64,000 bases of DNA from Candidatus Omnitrophota bacterium (GTDB taxonomy: Bacteria; Omnitrophota; Gorgyraeia; Tantalellales; Tantalellaceae): positions 6,521 through 70,520 of the forward strand of contig DAONGE010000006.1 in the NCBI GenBank assembly GCA_035403965.1, read 5' to 3'. The notes under the pieces were generated by a model that was not told where the DNA came from, did not search any database, and saw only the letters and a list, made by a program, of their open reading frames with translations. Positions 47,599 to 57,733 of the stretch are shown piece after piece. Within the stretch, counting starts at the first letter, position 1. The number at the start of each line of letters is the position of its first letter. Both the position numbers and the translations under genes were made by a program.

Positions 47599-47943
47599 AT
47601 GGTTGAACGGAGAAAATATCCGCGCTTTAAAATCGCTCATGATGTGTGCTTTGGCGATGCCTCGGTAGTTTCAAAGATTCGAAGTGAGGGACGCACTCAG
47701 ACCGAAGATGTGTCTCGCGGTGGCGTTAGAATGAAAATTAACGCGCCGGTGGAATCAGGTAAGGTTTTGAGTTTGAAGATTTACAATAAATCTTATGCTG
47801 ATCCGATTAATGCCGATGCGACCGTTATTTGGGCAAAAAAGCTGATGGATAATACTTCGATGTTGGGCCTGTCTTTTGTGCGTATCGGCTGGATAGAAAG
47901 TGATAAACTTTTTACTCCGCAGATGGTCAAAGAAGTGGCCTGA
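47599..47943 (+). CDS. Stand-alone PilZ-domain c-di-GMP receptor
   Basis: GGAGG RBS 5 nt before the ATG at 47599. RxxxR motif (RRKYPR) and DxSxGG motif (DVSRGG), which are the two c-di-GMP binding signatures of PilZ. ~114 aa. Confidence 0.75.
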   Translation: MVERRKYPRFKIAHDVCFGDASVVSKIRSEGRTQTEDVSRGGVRMKINAPVESGKVLSLKIYNKSYADPINADATVIWAKKLMDNTSMLGLSFVRIGWIESDKLFTPQMVKEVA

Positions 47944-47975
47944 AATTACGTATCAAATACGCCGAGAGCAGCTGG

Positions 47976-48012
47976 GAGCACGATTCGTATAACTCGTGCT
48001 TTATCCTTTCTC
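47976..48012 (+). terminator. Putative terminator after the PilZ gene
   Basis: AGCACGA-N11-TCGTGCT followed by TTTATCCTTTCTC. Confidence 0.4.
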
Positions 48013-48119
48013 AAAACACATATCCTCATAAGGACTTAATTCTTCGGTAAATAAAAAAATTAATAAACTTCGTTTTTATTGTGTTCCCTTCGTATAATTA
48101 AGTATAAGGAGCATGAGAT

Positions 48120-48350
48120 ATGAGGATTCCATTATTAATTCTTGTAGGTATGGGCATCATTATGTGCCATGGATCGGTATCTTGTGTTGCTGTGGACGAT
48201 GCCCGTGTTGAAAACAGTTTAAAAGAAGTGAATGAGTCACGGTATGAAAAGGTTAGGAAGCATTTGGAAGATTTTCCGGATAGAAGTAAGCCGTGGATAT
48301 CTGGGGTATATACAACCGATGGAAAAGGAAAGACGGGAGAACGAAATTAA
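48120..48350 (+). CDS. Small secreted hypothetical protein (76 aa)
   Basis: AAGGAG RBS 8 nt upstream. TATAAT at 48093-48098. Hydrophobic N-terminus (MRIPLLILVGMGIIMCHGSVSC). Sits in an AT-rich spacer. No recognisable family. Confidence 0.4.
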   Translation: MRIPLLILVGMGIIMCHGSVSCVAVDDARVENSLKEVNESRYEKVRKHLEDFPDRSKPWISGVYTTDGKGKTGERN

Positions 48351-48490
48351 GAGAATAAAATCCAAACATTGTATGGCAGTGACTACGCGGTACTTAATAT
48401 AATACATAATACTGGCTTTTTAAATCAGCTTGACATATGAATTGCTGTGTAGTAGCATACTAGTACAAGTTTACGCATTCTATGAGATAA

Positions 48491-48520
48491 GTGGGCCAGT
48501 GCCCGCTTATTTTTTTATAT
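48491..48520 (+). terminator. Rho-independent terminator / attenuator immediately upstream of rimP
   Basis: GTGGGCcagtGCCCGC stem (one G-U pair) followed by TTATTTTTTTAT. About 35 nt upstream of the rimP GTG start. Confidence 0.5.
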
Positions 48521-48552
48521 GCGCAAGTTTTTTAAAATAAAGGGGTTTTGAC

Positions 48553-49020
48553 GTGAGTGGCAGGAATGTTCCGGAAGAATTTATGCAATATGTCAGCGGA
48601 GAAGCCCGCAGATTAGGGTATATAATTGTTGATGTGATTGTAAAAAGCGGCCGGGATACTATGATAGAGATCGAGATAGATAAAAACGGCGGAATAACGC
48701 TTGATGAGTGTGCTGAGTTTAACCGAAACCTTACAAACTGGATCGATTCGACGGGCATTTTTGGTGGTAATTATATGATTGATGTCGAATCGCCGGGGCT
48801 AGACAAGGTTCTTGTCACTGACGAACATTTTATATGGGCTGTTGGGAAAGATATATGGGCGTCAACGTATGAGCCTGTAGACGGTAAACGGGAATTGACA
48901 GGGCGATTGGCCGAGTATAATAAAGATACAAATTGCATCACTGTTGAAAAAAAAGACGGTAAACGTATTGAGATAGAAAGAAAAAAAATCGCCAGGGCGA
49001 GACTTGCTCCGGCGATATGA
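48553..49020 (+). CDS. rimP: Ribosome maturation factor RimP
   Basis: GTG start after an AAGGGG RBS. Matches the RimP family (IVDVIVKSGRDTMIEIEIDKNGGITLDECAEFNRNL). Precedes nusA. Confidence 0.8.
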   Translation: MSGRNVPEEFMQYVSGEARRLGYIIVDVIVKSGRDTMIEIEIDKNGGITLDECAEFNRNLTNWIDSTGIFGGNYMIDVESPGLDKVLVTDEHFIWAVGKDIWASTYEPVDGKRELTGRLAEYNKDTNCITVEKKDGKRIEIERKKIARARLAPAI

Positions 49021-49048
49021 TGACAAAGGACAAAGATCGGAGAGATTT

Positions 49049-50308
49049 ATGAATGGAGAATTATTAACAGCATTGGAAAGATTAGAACGGGAAAAGGGAA
49101 TAAAAAAAGAGGTCCTTTTTGCCGCTATCGAAAGCGCGCTTACCAGCGCGGCATATAAAATTATCGACGGGAATGCGACTGCTAAAGACGAGATCACGGT
49201 CAAGATGAACGAAGAGACTGGCGAGATAAAAGTTTACAAGGGCAAACAGGAAGTTAAAAGTGACCAGTTCGGGCGGATCGCCGCGCAGACGGCGAAACAG
49301 GTAATGATACAAAAAATACGCGAAGCCGAGCGCGATGTCGTTTACAATAAATACCTTCAGATGGAAGGAACTATCATCAGCGGATCTGTGCATAGATTCG
49401 AAAAGGGGAATATCGTTGTAGAGCTTGACGATACTGAGGGTGTTTTGCTGAAGTCCGGGCAGATCCCGCGCGAACGTTTTAGACAAGGCCAGCCTATAAG
49501 GGCGTTCCTTCAGAAAGTAGAGAGAAAAACGGGCGGGCTAGAGATAATCCTTTCCCGCGCGAACTGCGGTTTTGTGCAGCGCCTTTTCGAAATGGAAGTT
49601 CCGGAAATAACGCAGGGTATAGTGGAGATCAAGGCCATAGCCCGAGAAGCCGGAGAAAGAACGAAGATCGCGGTGGAGTCTACCGAGGATAAGATCGATG
49701 CCGTTGGAGCTTGTGTAGGGATGCGGGGCTCAAGGGTAAAAGAAATAGTCAAAGAACTGTCCGGTGAACGTATCGATATCGTAAGATGGAGTGATGATAT
49801 TGAAGAGTATATCAAATCGGCAGTGAGTCCCGCCGAGATATACAGTATGGAGATAGACAGCGAAAATAAAACCATAAAACTTATATTCCCTAAGGATCAA
49901 TTGTCGGCGCTTATCGGAAAACGTGGCCGGAATATACGTCTTATTTCAAAATTGGTGGGATGGGAGATACAGGCCGAGGCGAAAGAAGAAAAAATAATAT
50001 TATCTTTGTCAGAAGTCCCGGGGATTAACGAAGAAGTCTTACATATACTTGAAAAGGCTGGGTATAATAATACATCCGAGGTTGTCGAAACCGATGTGGA
50101 AAATATTTCGGTAGTGGAAGGTATGGATGCTGAGAAAGCGGCATCTGTTATGTTGGCATGTAACGCTGCTATTGAGCTTGTGAGAAAGACCCGCGAAGAC
50201 GCTTTGGTAGAACACAAAGACGTTGCCGAAGATAATGTTGTGGAGAATAAACCCGAAGATGCGGAAAATAGTTCCGGAGATGCGGGAAATGATAACGAAA
50301 CAAAATAA
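49049..50308 (+). CDS. nusA: Transcription termination/antitermination factor NusA
   Basis: The start was moved to the Met after a GGAGAG RBS. N-terminal domain (ALERLEREKGIKKEVLFAAIESAL), S1 domain, two KH domains, and a C-terminal acidic repeat. Confidence 0.9.
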   Translation: MNGELLTALERLEREKGIKKEVLFAAIESALTSAAYKIIDGNATAKDEITVKMNEETGEIKVYKGKQEVKSDQFGRIAAQTAKQVMIQKIREAERDVVYNKYLQMEGTIISGSVHRFEKGNIVVELDDTEGVLLKSGQIPRERFRQGQPIRAFLQKVERKTGGLEIILSRANCGFVQRLFEMEVPEITQGIVEIKAIAREAGERTKIAVESTEDKIDAVGACVGMRGSRVKEIVKELSGERIDIVRWSDDIEEYIKSAVSPAEIYSMEIDSENKTIKLIFPKDQLSALIGKRGRNIRLISKLVGWEIQAEAKEEKIILSLSEVPGINEEVLHILEKAGYNNTSEVVETDVENISVVEGMDAEKAASVMLACNAAIELVRKTREDALVEHKDVAEDNVVENKPEDAENSSGDAGNDNETK

Positions 50309-50325
50309 AGGAAGAACAGGTTACC

Positions 50326-52908
50326 ATGTCCATTAAAGTGAGCGAACTGGCGTTGGAACTCGGTGTAAAGTGTGACGATCTTATGGAGTCCTTGCGGAAA
50401 CTTTATGTTGAGGTAGAGGATGAGTCCAGCAGCGTTGACGAAAAGATAGCCGCGCTTATGAGAGTTAAAATGGGCGTTGCCAAACCCAAAAAAGAGAAAA
50501 AGAAATCATCGAAGTCTGAAAAAGCGACGCCTGAAACAGCAACAGAATCCGGGGAAGAAGGCGCGGCCGTGAAACCAGCTAAAACCCGGGCGAAAAAAAC
50601 TAAAAAAACACAGGTTGAATCTGAAGGAATAGAGTCGCAAGACGAAAACACTGCGGCTTTGTCCGAAGCCCATCAAGAAGTGCATGCCTCTGCGGAAACC
50701 GCCGATATTGCGGAAAAAGAAAAATCGGAAGAGAAAATTGATCATGTTTCTGATACGGGGAAGACACTTCCTCCTAAACCACGCGGGGTTATTGTCGTTA
50801 AGCGTGCTTCGGAAGAGGAGAAAAAAGCCACAAAAGATGCTGTGCAGTCGGGTGTTCTTCCTCCGGCCGCAGCAAAAGAGCAGCCTGGCAAGATTGTTGC
50901 TGGCCCGGAATTGTTAAAGGAGACACATGAAAAGGATGTCGATGCGAAACGATTTGGCGAATCGACTTACAAAAAGGACAAAATACATAAGATAGATAGA
51001 TTTGAAGGAAAGAAAATAATAAAAACAATGATGGATGATCAGCATCCGTACGAAAGAAGATTCAAAAAACACACTAAAATTGTTAAGGCTGAGAAGAAAG
51101 TCGAGATTGCTTCGGAAGTTATAAAACCTTATGATGGGGCGGATTTCAAAATTATGCAGCTTCAGATCCCGTCAAGCATACGTGCAATTGCGGTTAAAGC
51201 TGAAAAACGACCGAACGATCTGATTCAGTATATGATGCGTAGGGGGATGCTGGTCAATATTAATCAGGATCTTGATGAAAAAACTACGCGTGATCTTTTG
51301 AAAGATCTGGGGTATGAATTAGAGATACCGAAAACCATTGAAGAAGATCTGATGGCTGAACATCATGAGGAAGAAGATATTGAAGCATCCGAGAAACGCG
51401 CGCCGGTTGTAACTTTTATGGGACATGTTGATCATGGTAAAACATCTTTGCTGGATTATATCAGAAATACGATGGTGGCGAAAAAGGAAAAAGGCGGGAT
51501 AACTCAGCATATTGGGGCCTATCGCGTCGAAACTCCGAAAGGTGCCGTGACGTTCCTTGATACTCCGGGTCATGAAGCTTTTACTTCTATGAGGGCCAGG
51601 GGAGCGAATGTAACGGACGTTGTTGTACTTGTTGTCGCTGCGGATGACGGTGTAATGCCTCAGACCAAAGAGGCGATCGATCATGCGAATGCGGCTAATG
51701 TTCCGATAGTGGTTGCGATAAATAAATGTGATGTACCGGGGGCTAAACCAGAACGTGTTAGGATAGAACTGCAGCAGCTCGGGCTTGCGCCGGAAGCTTA
51801 CGGTGGAAAGACCGTAATGGTCGAAGTTTCAGCCAAGACCGGTGAGGGTGTTGATGATCTGGTAGACATGCTTATGCTCGAGTCAGAATTATTGGAGCTA
51901 AAAGCTAATCCCGCACTTCGCGCCAGAGGTGTTGTTTTGGAAAGCCGGAAGACCTCAGAACATGGTGTGGTAGCTAGTGTTCTTGTTCAAAACGGGACAT
52001 TACATTTAGGGGATGTGATACTTGCGGGTATATACTACGGTAAAGTTAAGGCACTGATAAATGACAGGGGTGACCGTGTTGAGAAAGTTCTGCCTTCAAT
52101 GCCCGTTGAGGTCCTTGGCTTGCAGGGTGTTCCAGAGGCGGGAGATGATTTCTTTGTTGTGAAAGACGAGAAAAAAGCTAAAACGTTGTCTGAACTTAAA
52201 CAAAGTGAGCAGAGAAGAAAGCATATGGTTGGTAGTCAGCGTATAACTCTTGAGGATTTTCATGCGATGGTTGAGGACGGTGCAGCGAAAGAACTGAGAA
52301 TAATACTTAAGGCTGATGTTCAGGGCTCCACTGAGGCACTTGTGCGTTCGTTGGATATTCTTTCCAATAATGAGGTGAAAATAATATTCGCACATACGAT
52401 GGTCGGCGACATAAACGAATCTGACGTAATGCTTGCCGTCGTATCGAATGCCGTTATTATCGGATTTAACGTAAAGATCGATCCAAAAGCGGCAGATGTC
52501 GCAAAAAGCGAAAATATCGAGATAAAGGTATATGGCATAATTTATGAAGCCGTGAACGATGTGAAGGCCGCGCTAGAAGGACTTTTGGAACCGATCGAGA
52601 ATGAGGTTATGCAGGGGATAGTGCAGATAAAACAGGTGTTCACGTCAAAGAATTCGAAAGCGGCTGGATGTATAGTCGCAAAAGGTACCATACACCGAAA
52701 AGATAAAGTCAGGATCAAACGGGCGGGAGAGGTTATCTATACTGGTAATATCTCGAATCTCAGAAGGTTCAAGGATGATGTCCGTGACGTGAAGGAAGGC
52801 ATGGAATGTGGTATAACCATAGACGGTTTTAATAATATCGCCCCCGGTGATGTTATGGAGTTTTATGTGATCGAAAAGGTCGCGAGACGTCTGGATAGCA
52901 GGAATTAA
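50326..52908 (+). CDS. infB: Translation initiation factor IF-2
   Basis: G domain (GHVDHGKTSLLD; DTPGHEAF; NKCD). 860 aa with a charged N-terminal extension. Confidence 0.95.
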   Translation: MSIKVSELALELGVKCDDLMESLRKLYVEVEDESSSVDEKIAALMRVKMGVAKPKKEKKKSSKSEKATPETATESGEEGAAVKPAKTRAKKTKKTQVESEGIESQDENTAALSEAHQEVHASAETADIAEKEKSEEKIDHVSDTGKTLPPKPRGVIVVKRASEEEKKATKDAVQSGVLPPAAAKEQPGKIVAGPELLKETHEKDVDAKRFGESTYKKDKIHKIDRFEGKKIIKTMMDDQHPYERRFKKHTKIVKAEKKVEIASEVIKPYDGADFKIMQLQIPSSIRAIAVKAEKRPNDLIQYMMRRGMLVNINQDLDEKTTRDLLKDLGYELEIPKTIEEDLMAEHHEEEDIEASEKRAPVVTFMGHVDHGKTSLLDYIRNTMVAKKEKGGITQHIGAYRVETPKGAVTFLDTPGHEAFTSMRARGANVTDVVVLVVAADDGVMPQTKEAIDHANAANVPIVVAINKCDVPGAKPERVRIELQQLGLAPEAYGGKTVMVEVSAKTGEGVDDLVDMLMLESELLELKANPALRARGVVLESRKTSEHGVVASVLVQNGTLHLGDVILAGIYYGKVKALINDRGDRVEKVLPSMPVEVLGLQGVPEAGDDFFVVKDEKKAKTLSELKQSEQRRKHMVGSQRITLEDFHAMVEDGAAKELRIILKADVQGSTEALVRSLDILSNNEVKIIFAHTMVGDINESDVMLAVVSNAVIIGFNVKIDPKAADVAKSENIEIKVYGIIYEAVNDVKAALEGLLEPIENEVMQGIVQIKQVFTSKNSKAAGCIVAKGTIHRKDKVRIKRAGEVIYTGNISNLRRFKDDVRDVKEGMECGITIDGFNNIAPGDVMEFYVIEKVARRLDSRN

Positions 52909-52923
52909 TAGACAGGAAAGGAT

Positions 52924-53913
52924 ATGCGTAAAAATATTTTGAGCGGTATGAGGCCTACCGGAAGACTTCATTTGGGACATTGGGTCGGGGCTCTTCGTAA
53001 CTGGGCAGAACTTCAGAATGAATATAATTGTTTTTTCATGATCGCGGATTGGCATGCGCTTATGAGCGAATATGAGAATCCGTCCAATATCAAGGAAAAC
53101 AGCATAGAGATAGCCAAGGATTGGATCGCATGCGGGATAGATCCTGAAAAGAGTACAATATTTATACAGAATATGGTTCCGGAACATCTTGAACTTGCGA
53201 TGGTATTTGGGCTTTTTACGCCGTTAGGGTGGCTCGAACGTTGCACTACATACAAGGAACAACTTCGGGAGCTTAAGGGAAGAATGCTGGCTACCTACGG
53301 ATTTTTGGGGTATCCGGTTTTACAAGCCGCGGATATCGCCCTTTACAAGGCGCATTGTGTTCCTGTCGGAGTTGATCAACTGCCGCATCTCGAACTGACA
53401 CGCGAGATAGTGAGAAGGTTCGTTTCGTTGTATAAAAAAGAAATTTTCCCCGAACCTGAGCCTCTTTTGACCGAAGTTCCAAAACTTGTCGGCCTAGATA
53501 ATAGAAAGATGTCGAAAAGTTATGGGAATTTTATCGCGCTTTCCGATACGGCCGATGTCGTGAAAAAGAAAGTAAGCGGTATGTACACTGATCCGAACAG
53601 GGTTAGGGCGGATGTGCCTGGTAATGTTGAAGGGAATCCGGTTTTTATGTATCACGATATATTCAACCCTGATAAAAAGGAAGTGGAAAGTCTTAAAGAA
53701 AGATATCGCAGCGGAACGGTTGGGGATGTGGAAGTAAAAAGAAAACTGACCGACGCATTGAATAATTTTTTGGATCCTATACGAAAAAAACGTGACGGGC
53801 TTTCAGATCAAGAGGTGCGTGATGTGCTTATGAAAGGTTCGGAAAAGGCGCGTTCCGCCGCACGGGCAACGATGTCCGAAGTTAAAGAATGCATGCACCA
53901 AATGATAGGATGA
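52924..53913 (+). CDS. trpS: Tryptophan--tRNA ligase
   Basis: HIGH-type motif (GRLHLGHWVG) and KMSKS. 329 aa. Confidence 0.9.
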   Translation: MRKNILSGMRPTGRLHLGHWVGALRNWAELQNEYNCFFMIADWHALMSEYENPSNIKENSIEIAKDWIACGIDPEKSTIFIQNMVPEHLELAMVFGLFTPLGWLERCTTYKEQLRELKGRMLATYGFLGYPVLQAADIALYKAHCVPVGVDQLPHLELTREIVRRFVSLYKKEIFPEPEPLLTEVPKLVGLDNRKMSKSYGNFIALSDTADVVKKKVSGMYTDPNRVRADVPGNVEGNPVFMYHDIFNPDKKEVESLKERYRSGTVGDVEVKRKLTDALNNFLDPIRKKRDGLSDQEVRDVLMKGSEKARSAARATMSEVKECMHQMIG

Positions 53914-53920
53914 TCGGCGT

Positions 53921-54706
53921 ATGACATATAAAGTTAAACTGAATTTTTTTGAAGGACCGCTTGACCTTTTGCTCTTTCTTATAAAAAAAGAACGTATAGA
54001 TATTTATGATATTCCGATATCCAGAATAACAGAACAGTATCTTGAATATCTTGAGCTTATGAAATTGCTGGATCTGAGTATCGCCGGAGATTTTCTTGTG
54101 ATGGCCGCGACCCTTATGCATATCAAGAGTAAAATGCTTCTGCCGCCGGACGAGAACGCGACCGAAGAAGAACTGGAAGATCCGAGGGAAGAGCTGGTCC
54201 GCAGGCTTCTTGAATATAAGAAATACAAAGAAGCTGCGATGGAACTGAATGAGATGCGGGACAAGAACAAAGAGCTGTTTTACCGGACCGGTACAGGCGA
54301 ACGCGAAGCTTTGTTTGTTGATGAAAACGGCGAATATTTTGAAGCGAGCCTTTTTGATTTGATCAACGCGTTTAGGAAGGTTCTTGGCAGAATTCCGAAA
54401 GAGACGTTTCATGAGGTGGTACGGGATAAATTTACTGTCAGCGATAAGATAAAATATATTTGTAGCCTTTTGCCGGCAAAGTCTAAACTTCTGTTCTCTG
54501 AGCTGTTCGTTAATATGCGCAGTAAGGATGAGGTTATAGCTACCTTTCTGGCGGTTTTGGAATTGATGAAAATGAGAGAGATCCTTGTGGTGCAAAGGGC
54601 TTATTTTTCCGAGATAGAGATAGTCCGGCATCCGGAGCCGGCCAATGTGTACAGAGATCAAAATGGCGTGCCCCCCGCAACAGGTGCGGAAGGCGAAAAT
54701 AAATAA
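53921..54706 (+). CDS. scpA: Segregation and condensation protein A
   Basis: N-terminus FEGPLDLLLFLIKKERIDIYDIPISRITEQYLEYL is typical of ScpA. Confidence 0.85.
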   Translation: MTYKVKLNFFEGPLDLLLFLIKKERIDIYDIPISRITEQYLEYLELMKLLDLSIAGDFLVMAATLMHIKSKMLLPPDENATEEELEDPREELVRRLLEYKKYKEAAMELNEMRDKNKELFYRTGTGEREALFVDENGEYFEASLFDLINAFRKVLGRIPKETFHEVVRDKFTVSDKIKYICSLLPAKSKLLFSELFVNMRSKDEVIATFLAVLELMKMREILVVQRAYFSEIEIVRHPEPANVYRDQNGVPPATGAEGENK

Positions 54707-54726
54707 CCACAACGAGACTGATTATC

Positions 54727-55518
54727 ATGGAAACAGGTAAAAGAATAAAAAATATTATTGAGGCACTGTTGATCGTATCTGAGTCGGGCTTGAGTCGCGA
54801 AGAAATTAAACAGGTGATAGGCGAAGTAGAACCGCAGGACATAGATGTTGCGATACAGATGCTTAAGGATGAATACAGTTCGGATGAACGCGCATTTACT
54901 TTGAACGAGGTGGCCGGGAAATGTCGCATTGTCACAAAACCGGCATATATGCCGTGGATAAATAATCTGTACCAGCCGGAACCGGAGAGACTTACGATGC
55001 CGGCATTGGAAACGCTTTCTATTATCGCCTATAAACAACCTCTCACGCGCGCTGAAGTGGAAAGTATACGCGGCGTTAACGTCGGCGGTGTCATAGATAC
55101 TTTGTTGAGTAAAGAACTGATTGCCGTAAAAGGACGTAAGGACGTGATCGGTAAGCCGCTTATTTACGGAACTACGGAAAAATTTCTGGAACTTTTTGGG
55201 TTGAATTCGCTTGATGACCTGCCGCAACTGCGAGAATTTACCGAGCAGGACCTGGATTATGGAAAGACTGATGAAAATGATATAGTAGCGAATCCAGAGG
55301 CTACCGCTGAGGGCGCCGAAACCGCTGACGAAAATGCAGCAAAGGATTCTGAGAATAATAATGAGATTGCGGAAAATTCCGGTAGTATCGATGGTGACTA
55401 TGTCGGTAGTGAAGAAACTTTTCCCGAAACGAGCGATTCGAGCGACAGATTGAACGAATCTTTCGACGATGTCGGTGAAGGGGAAATGGTGAACGATGAT
55501 AAAGAAAAAACTGAATAA
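54727..55518 (+). CDS. scpB: Segregation and condensation protein B (with an acidic C-terminal tail)
   Basis: Tandem winged-helix region (IIEALLIVSESGLSREEI ... LETLSIIAYKQPLTRAEVESIRGV). About 80 acidic C-terminal residues. Confidence 0.85.
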   Translation: METGKRIKNIIEALLIVSESGLSREEIKQVIGEVEPQDIDVAIQMLKDEYSSDERAFTLNEVAGKCRIVTKPAYMPWINNLYQPEPERLTMPALETLSIIAYKQPLTRAEVESIRGVNVGGVIDTLLSKELIAVKGRKDVIGKPLIYGTTEKFLELFGLNSLDDLPQLREFTEQDLDYGKTDENDIVANPEATAEGAETADENAAKDSENNNEIAENSGSIDGDYVGSEETFPETSDSSDRLNESFDDVGEGEMVNDDKEKTE

Positions 55519-56566
55519 GATCCGCAGGGGAATAGACTGTATTGATTCGTCGATAGTTAAACTTCTTAATCGCCGCGGTCGGTTAAGTTCCGAGATCGGC
55601 GTAATAAAGAAAATCAGGAATTATCCGGTATATTCACCTGACAGAGAAAGTGTTATCTATAACTCCGTGGCAAGCAAAGGGAAGGGGCCCTTGTCTACGG
55701 ATTCTCTTAAGGCGATATATCGAGAAATAATGTCGGCATGTCTTTCTCTGGAACAGCCGATAGTTGTGGCGTATTTCGGGCCGGAACTTACATATACTCA
55801 TCAGGCTTCGATGCGTAAGTTCGGATCCAGTGTTACGTATCTTCCGTGCGACAATATCCCAGAGGTTTTTCGCGAAGTGGAAAAGGGAAATGCGGATTAT
55901 GGAGTTGTTCCGGTTGAGAATTCTATAGAAGGTGCGGTCAATCATACGGCGGATATGTTTGTAGATTCTCCGTTACTGATATGTTCTGAGGCTTATTTGC
56001 GTGTTCGCCACAGTTTGCTTAGCAAGGCGCAGGATATAAAGTCCGTAAAACGCATATATTCGCATCCGCAGGTTTTTGGCCAATGCCGCATGTGGATCGA
56101 AAAGAATGCGCCATGGGCTAAATTGGTTGAGACGTCTTCCACATCAAGGGCCGCGGAGATCGTATCTAAGATGCGCGATTCCGCTTGCATCGCGAGTTCA
56201 TTGGCGGCGGAACGTTATCAACTGCAGGTACTGAAAAGATCTATCGAAGATTCTGCGAATAATGTGACGCGGTTCCTTATCATAGGAAAACAGATGGCTG
56301 GAGTGACCGGGCATGATAAAACGTCGATTTTGTTTTCTGTCAAGGACAAACCGGGGGTTCTGCATGATACGCTTGCAGCGTTCAAAGCGGCACATATCAA
56401 TATGTCAAAAATAGAATCGCGTCCGTCACGCGTGCAGGCGTGGAAATATTATTTTTTTGTGGATATAGAAGGCCATTGCGAAGACAAAAAGGTTAAACGC
56501 GCGTTGGAACAGCTGGCGGATAAATGCAATTTTGTTAAAGTGTTGGGGTCATACCCGAAAGTGTGA
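55496..56566 (+). CDS. pheA: Bifunctional chorismate mutase / prephenate dehydratase (P-protein) with ACT domain
   Basis: CM domain (IDCIDSSIVKLLNRRGRLSSEIGVIK). PDT domain (TRF motif context ESRPS). C-terminal ACT domain. Confidence 0.85.
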   Translation: MIKKKLNKIRRGIDCIDSSIVKLLNRRGRLSSEIGVIKKIRNYPVYSPDRESVIYNSVASKGKGPLSTDSLKAIYREIMSACLSLEQPIVVAYFGPELTYTHQASMRKFGSSVTYLPCDNIPEVFREVEKGNADYGVVPVENSIEGAVNHTADMFVDSPLLICSEAYLRVRHSLLSKAQDIKSVKRIYSHPQVFGQCRMWIEKNAPWAKLVETSSTSRAAEIVSKMRDSACIASSLAAERYQLQVLKRSIEDSANNVTRFLIIGKQMAGVTGHDKTSILFSVKDKPGVLHDTLAAFKAAHINMSKIESRPSRVQAWKYYFFVDIEGHCEDKKVKRALEQLADKCNFVKVLGSYPKV

Positions 56567-56573
56567 GGAAAAA

Positions 56574-57698
56574 ATGAGACAATTGTATAAACAGGTATTG
56601 GATAAAGTCTCTCCGTATATACCGGGTAAGCCTATATCCGAGGTTAAACGTGAACTGGGGCTTAAGGATGTGGTTAAACTTGCTTCTAACGAGAATCCGT
56701 TAGGGCCTTCTAAAAAAGTGGTTTCGGCGATAGTAAAAGCCGCAAAGGATGTACATAGATATCCGGATGGCAGTTGCCATGAACTCCGCAAAGTATTGTC
56801 TGACAAGATCGGGATCCCGGGTGAGAATATTGTTTTCGGGAACGGTTCCGACGAATTGATAGTGCTTATATTAAGGGCATTTCTCGAGGCTGGAGACGAA
56901 GTAATTATTTCTAAACCTACTTTTTTGGTTTACAGTATAGCGTCTACTGTTGAAGGAGCTTGTATACGTTTTGTTCCGATGAAAGATTTTAAATATGACA
57001 TCGACGGGATGTTGTCCTGTATAAACGAACGGACGAAGATTGTTTTTATCGCCAATCCGGATAATCCGACCGGTTCTTATGTAACTAAAAAAGAACTGGA
57101 TCGGTTTCTCGCCAATGTTCCGCAACATGTGATTGTTGTGATGGATGAAGCATATTATGAGTTTGCCGTAGGGGGAGATTATCCTGAAACCTTTCCTTTC
57201 ATAAAGGAAGCCAATAAGAATGTCGTGATATTGCGGACTTTCTCTAAAATATACGCGATGGCTGGACTTCGTGTTGGCTATGCGATAGCGAGAAAAGACC
57301 TTGCGGTTGCGATGGATAAAGTAAGGGAACCGTTCAATATTAATTCTATCGCTCAGGCGGCGGGGATCGCGGCGCTCGGGGACGGACAGTATCTGAAAAA
57401 GGCCACAGCATTGGTGCGTACCGAAAAGAAACGTTATTGTGATTTTCTTAAGAAACTTAAGATCCAATTCATTCCGAGCCGTACTAATTTCATACTGATA
57501 AACACCGAAAGAGATTCTACGAAGATATTTGAATTTCTGCTTAGAAAAGGTGTCGTTGTCAGGAATATGAATTCGTGGGGGATTAACGGATATATTCGTG
57601 TGACTTTCGGTTTGAAAAAAGAAAACGATAAGTTCTTTAAGGCGTTCAAGGAAGCGCTCAAAGAGATACCGCGTGTCGAGTGTAATGATGAAATATAG
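56574..57698 (+). CDS. hisC: Histidinol-phosphate / aromatic aminotransferase (class II)
   Basis: The start was moved to the Met after a GAGGA RBS. NENPLGPS motif. PLP lysine in FSKIYAMAGLRVGY. Confidence 0.8.
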   Translation: MRQLYKQVLDKVSPYIPGKPISEVKRELGLKDVVKLASNENPLGPSKKVVSAIVKAAKDVHRYPDGSCHELRKVLSDKIGIPGENIVFGNGSDELIVLILRAFLEAGDEVIISKPTFLVYSIASTVEGACIRFVPMKDFKYDIDGMLSCINERTKIVFIANPDNPTGSYVTKKELDRFLANVPQHVIVVMDEAYYEFAVGGDYPETFPFIKEANKNVVILRTFSKIYAMAGLRVGYAIARKDLAVAMDKVREPFNINSIAQAAGIAALGDGQYLKKATALVRTEKKRYCDFLKKLKIQFIPSRTNFILINTERDSTKIFEFLLRKGVVVRNMNSWGINGYIRVTFGLKKENDKFFKAFKEALKEIPRVECNDEI

Positions 57699-57733
57699 CT
57701 GGCACTGACTGTGCCGATAAATCGGAGGAATAA

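Noticed and set aside
48351-48552. Possible initiator tRNA upstream of rimP (as metY in E. coli)
   Set aside because: There is no cloverleaf signature (no GGTTCGAATCC-like T-arm and no acceptor-stem complementarity) in the spacer.
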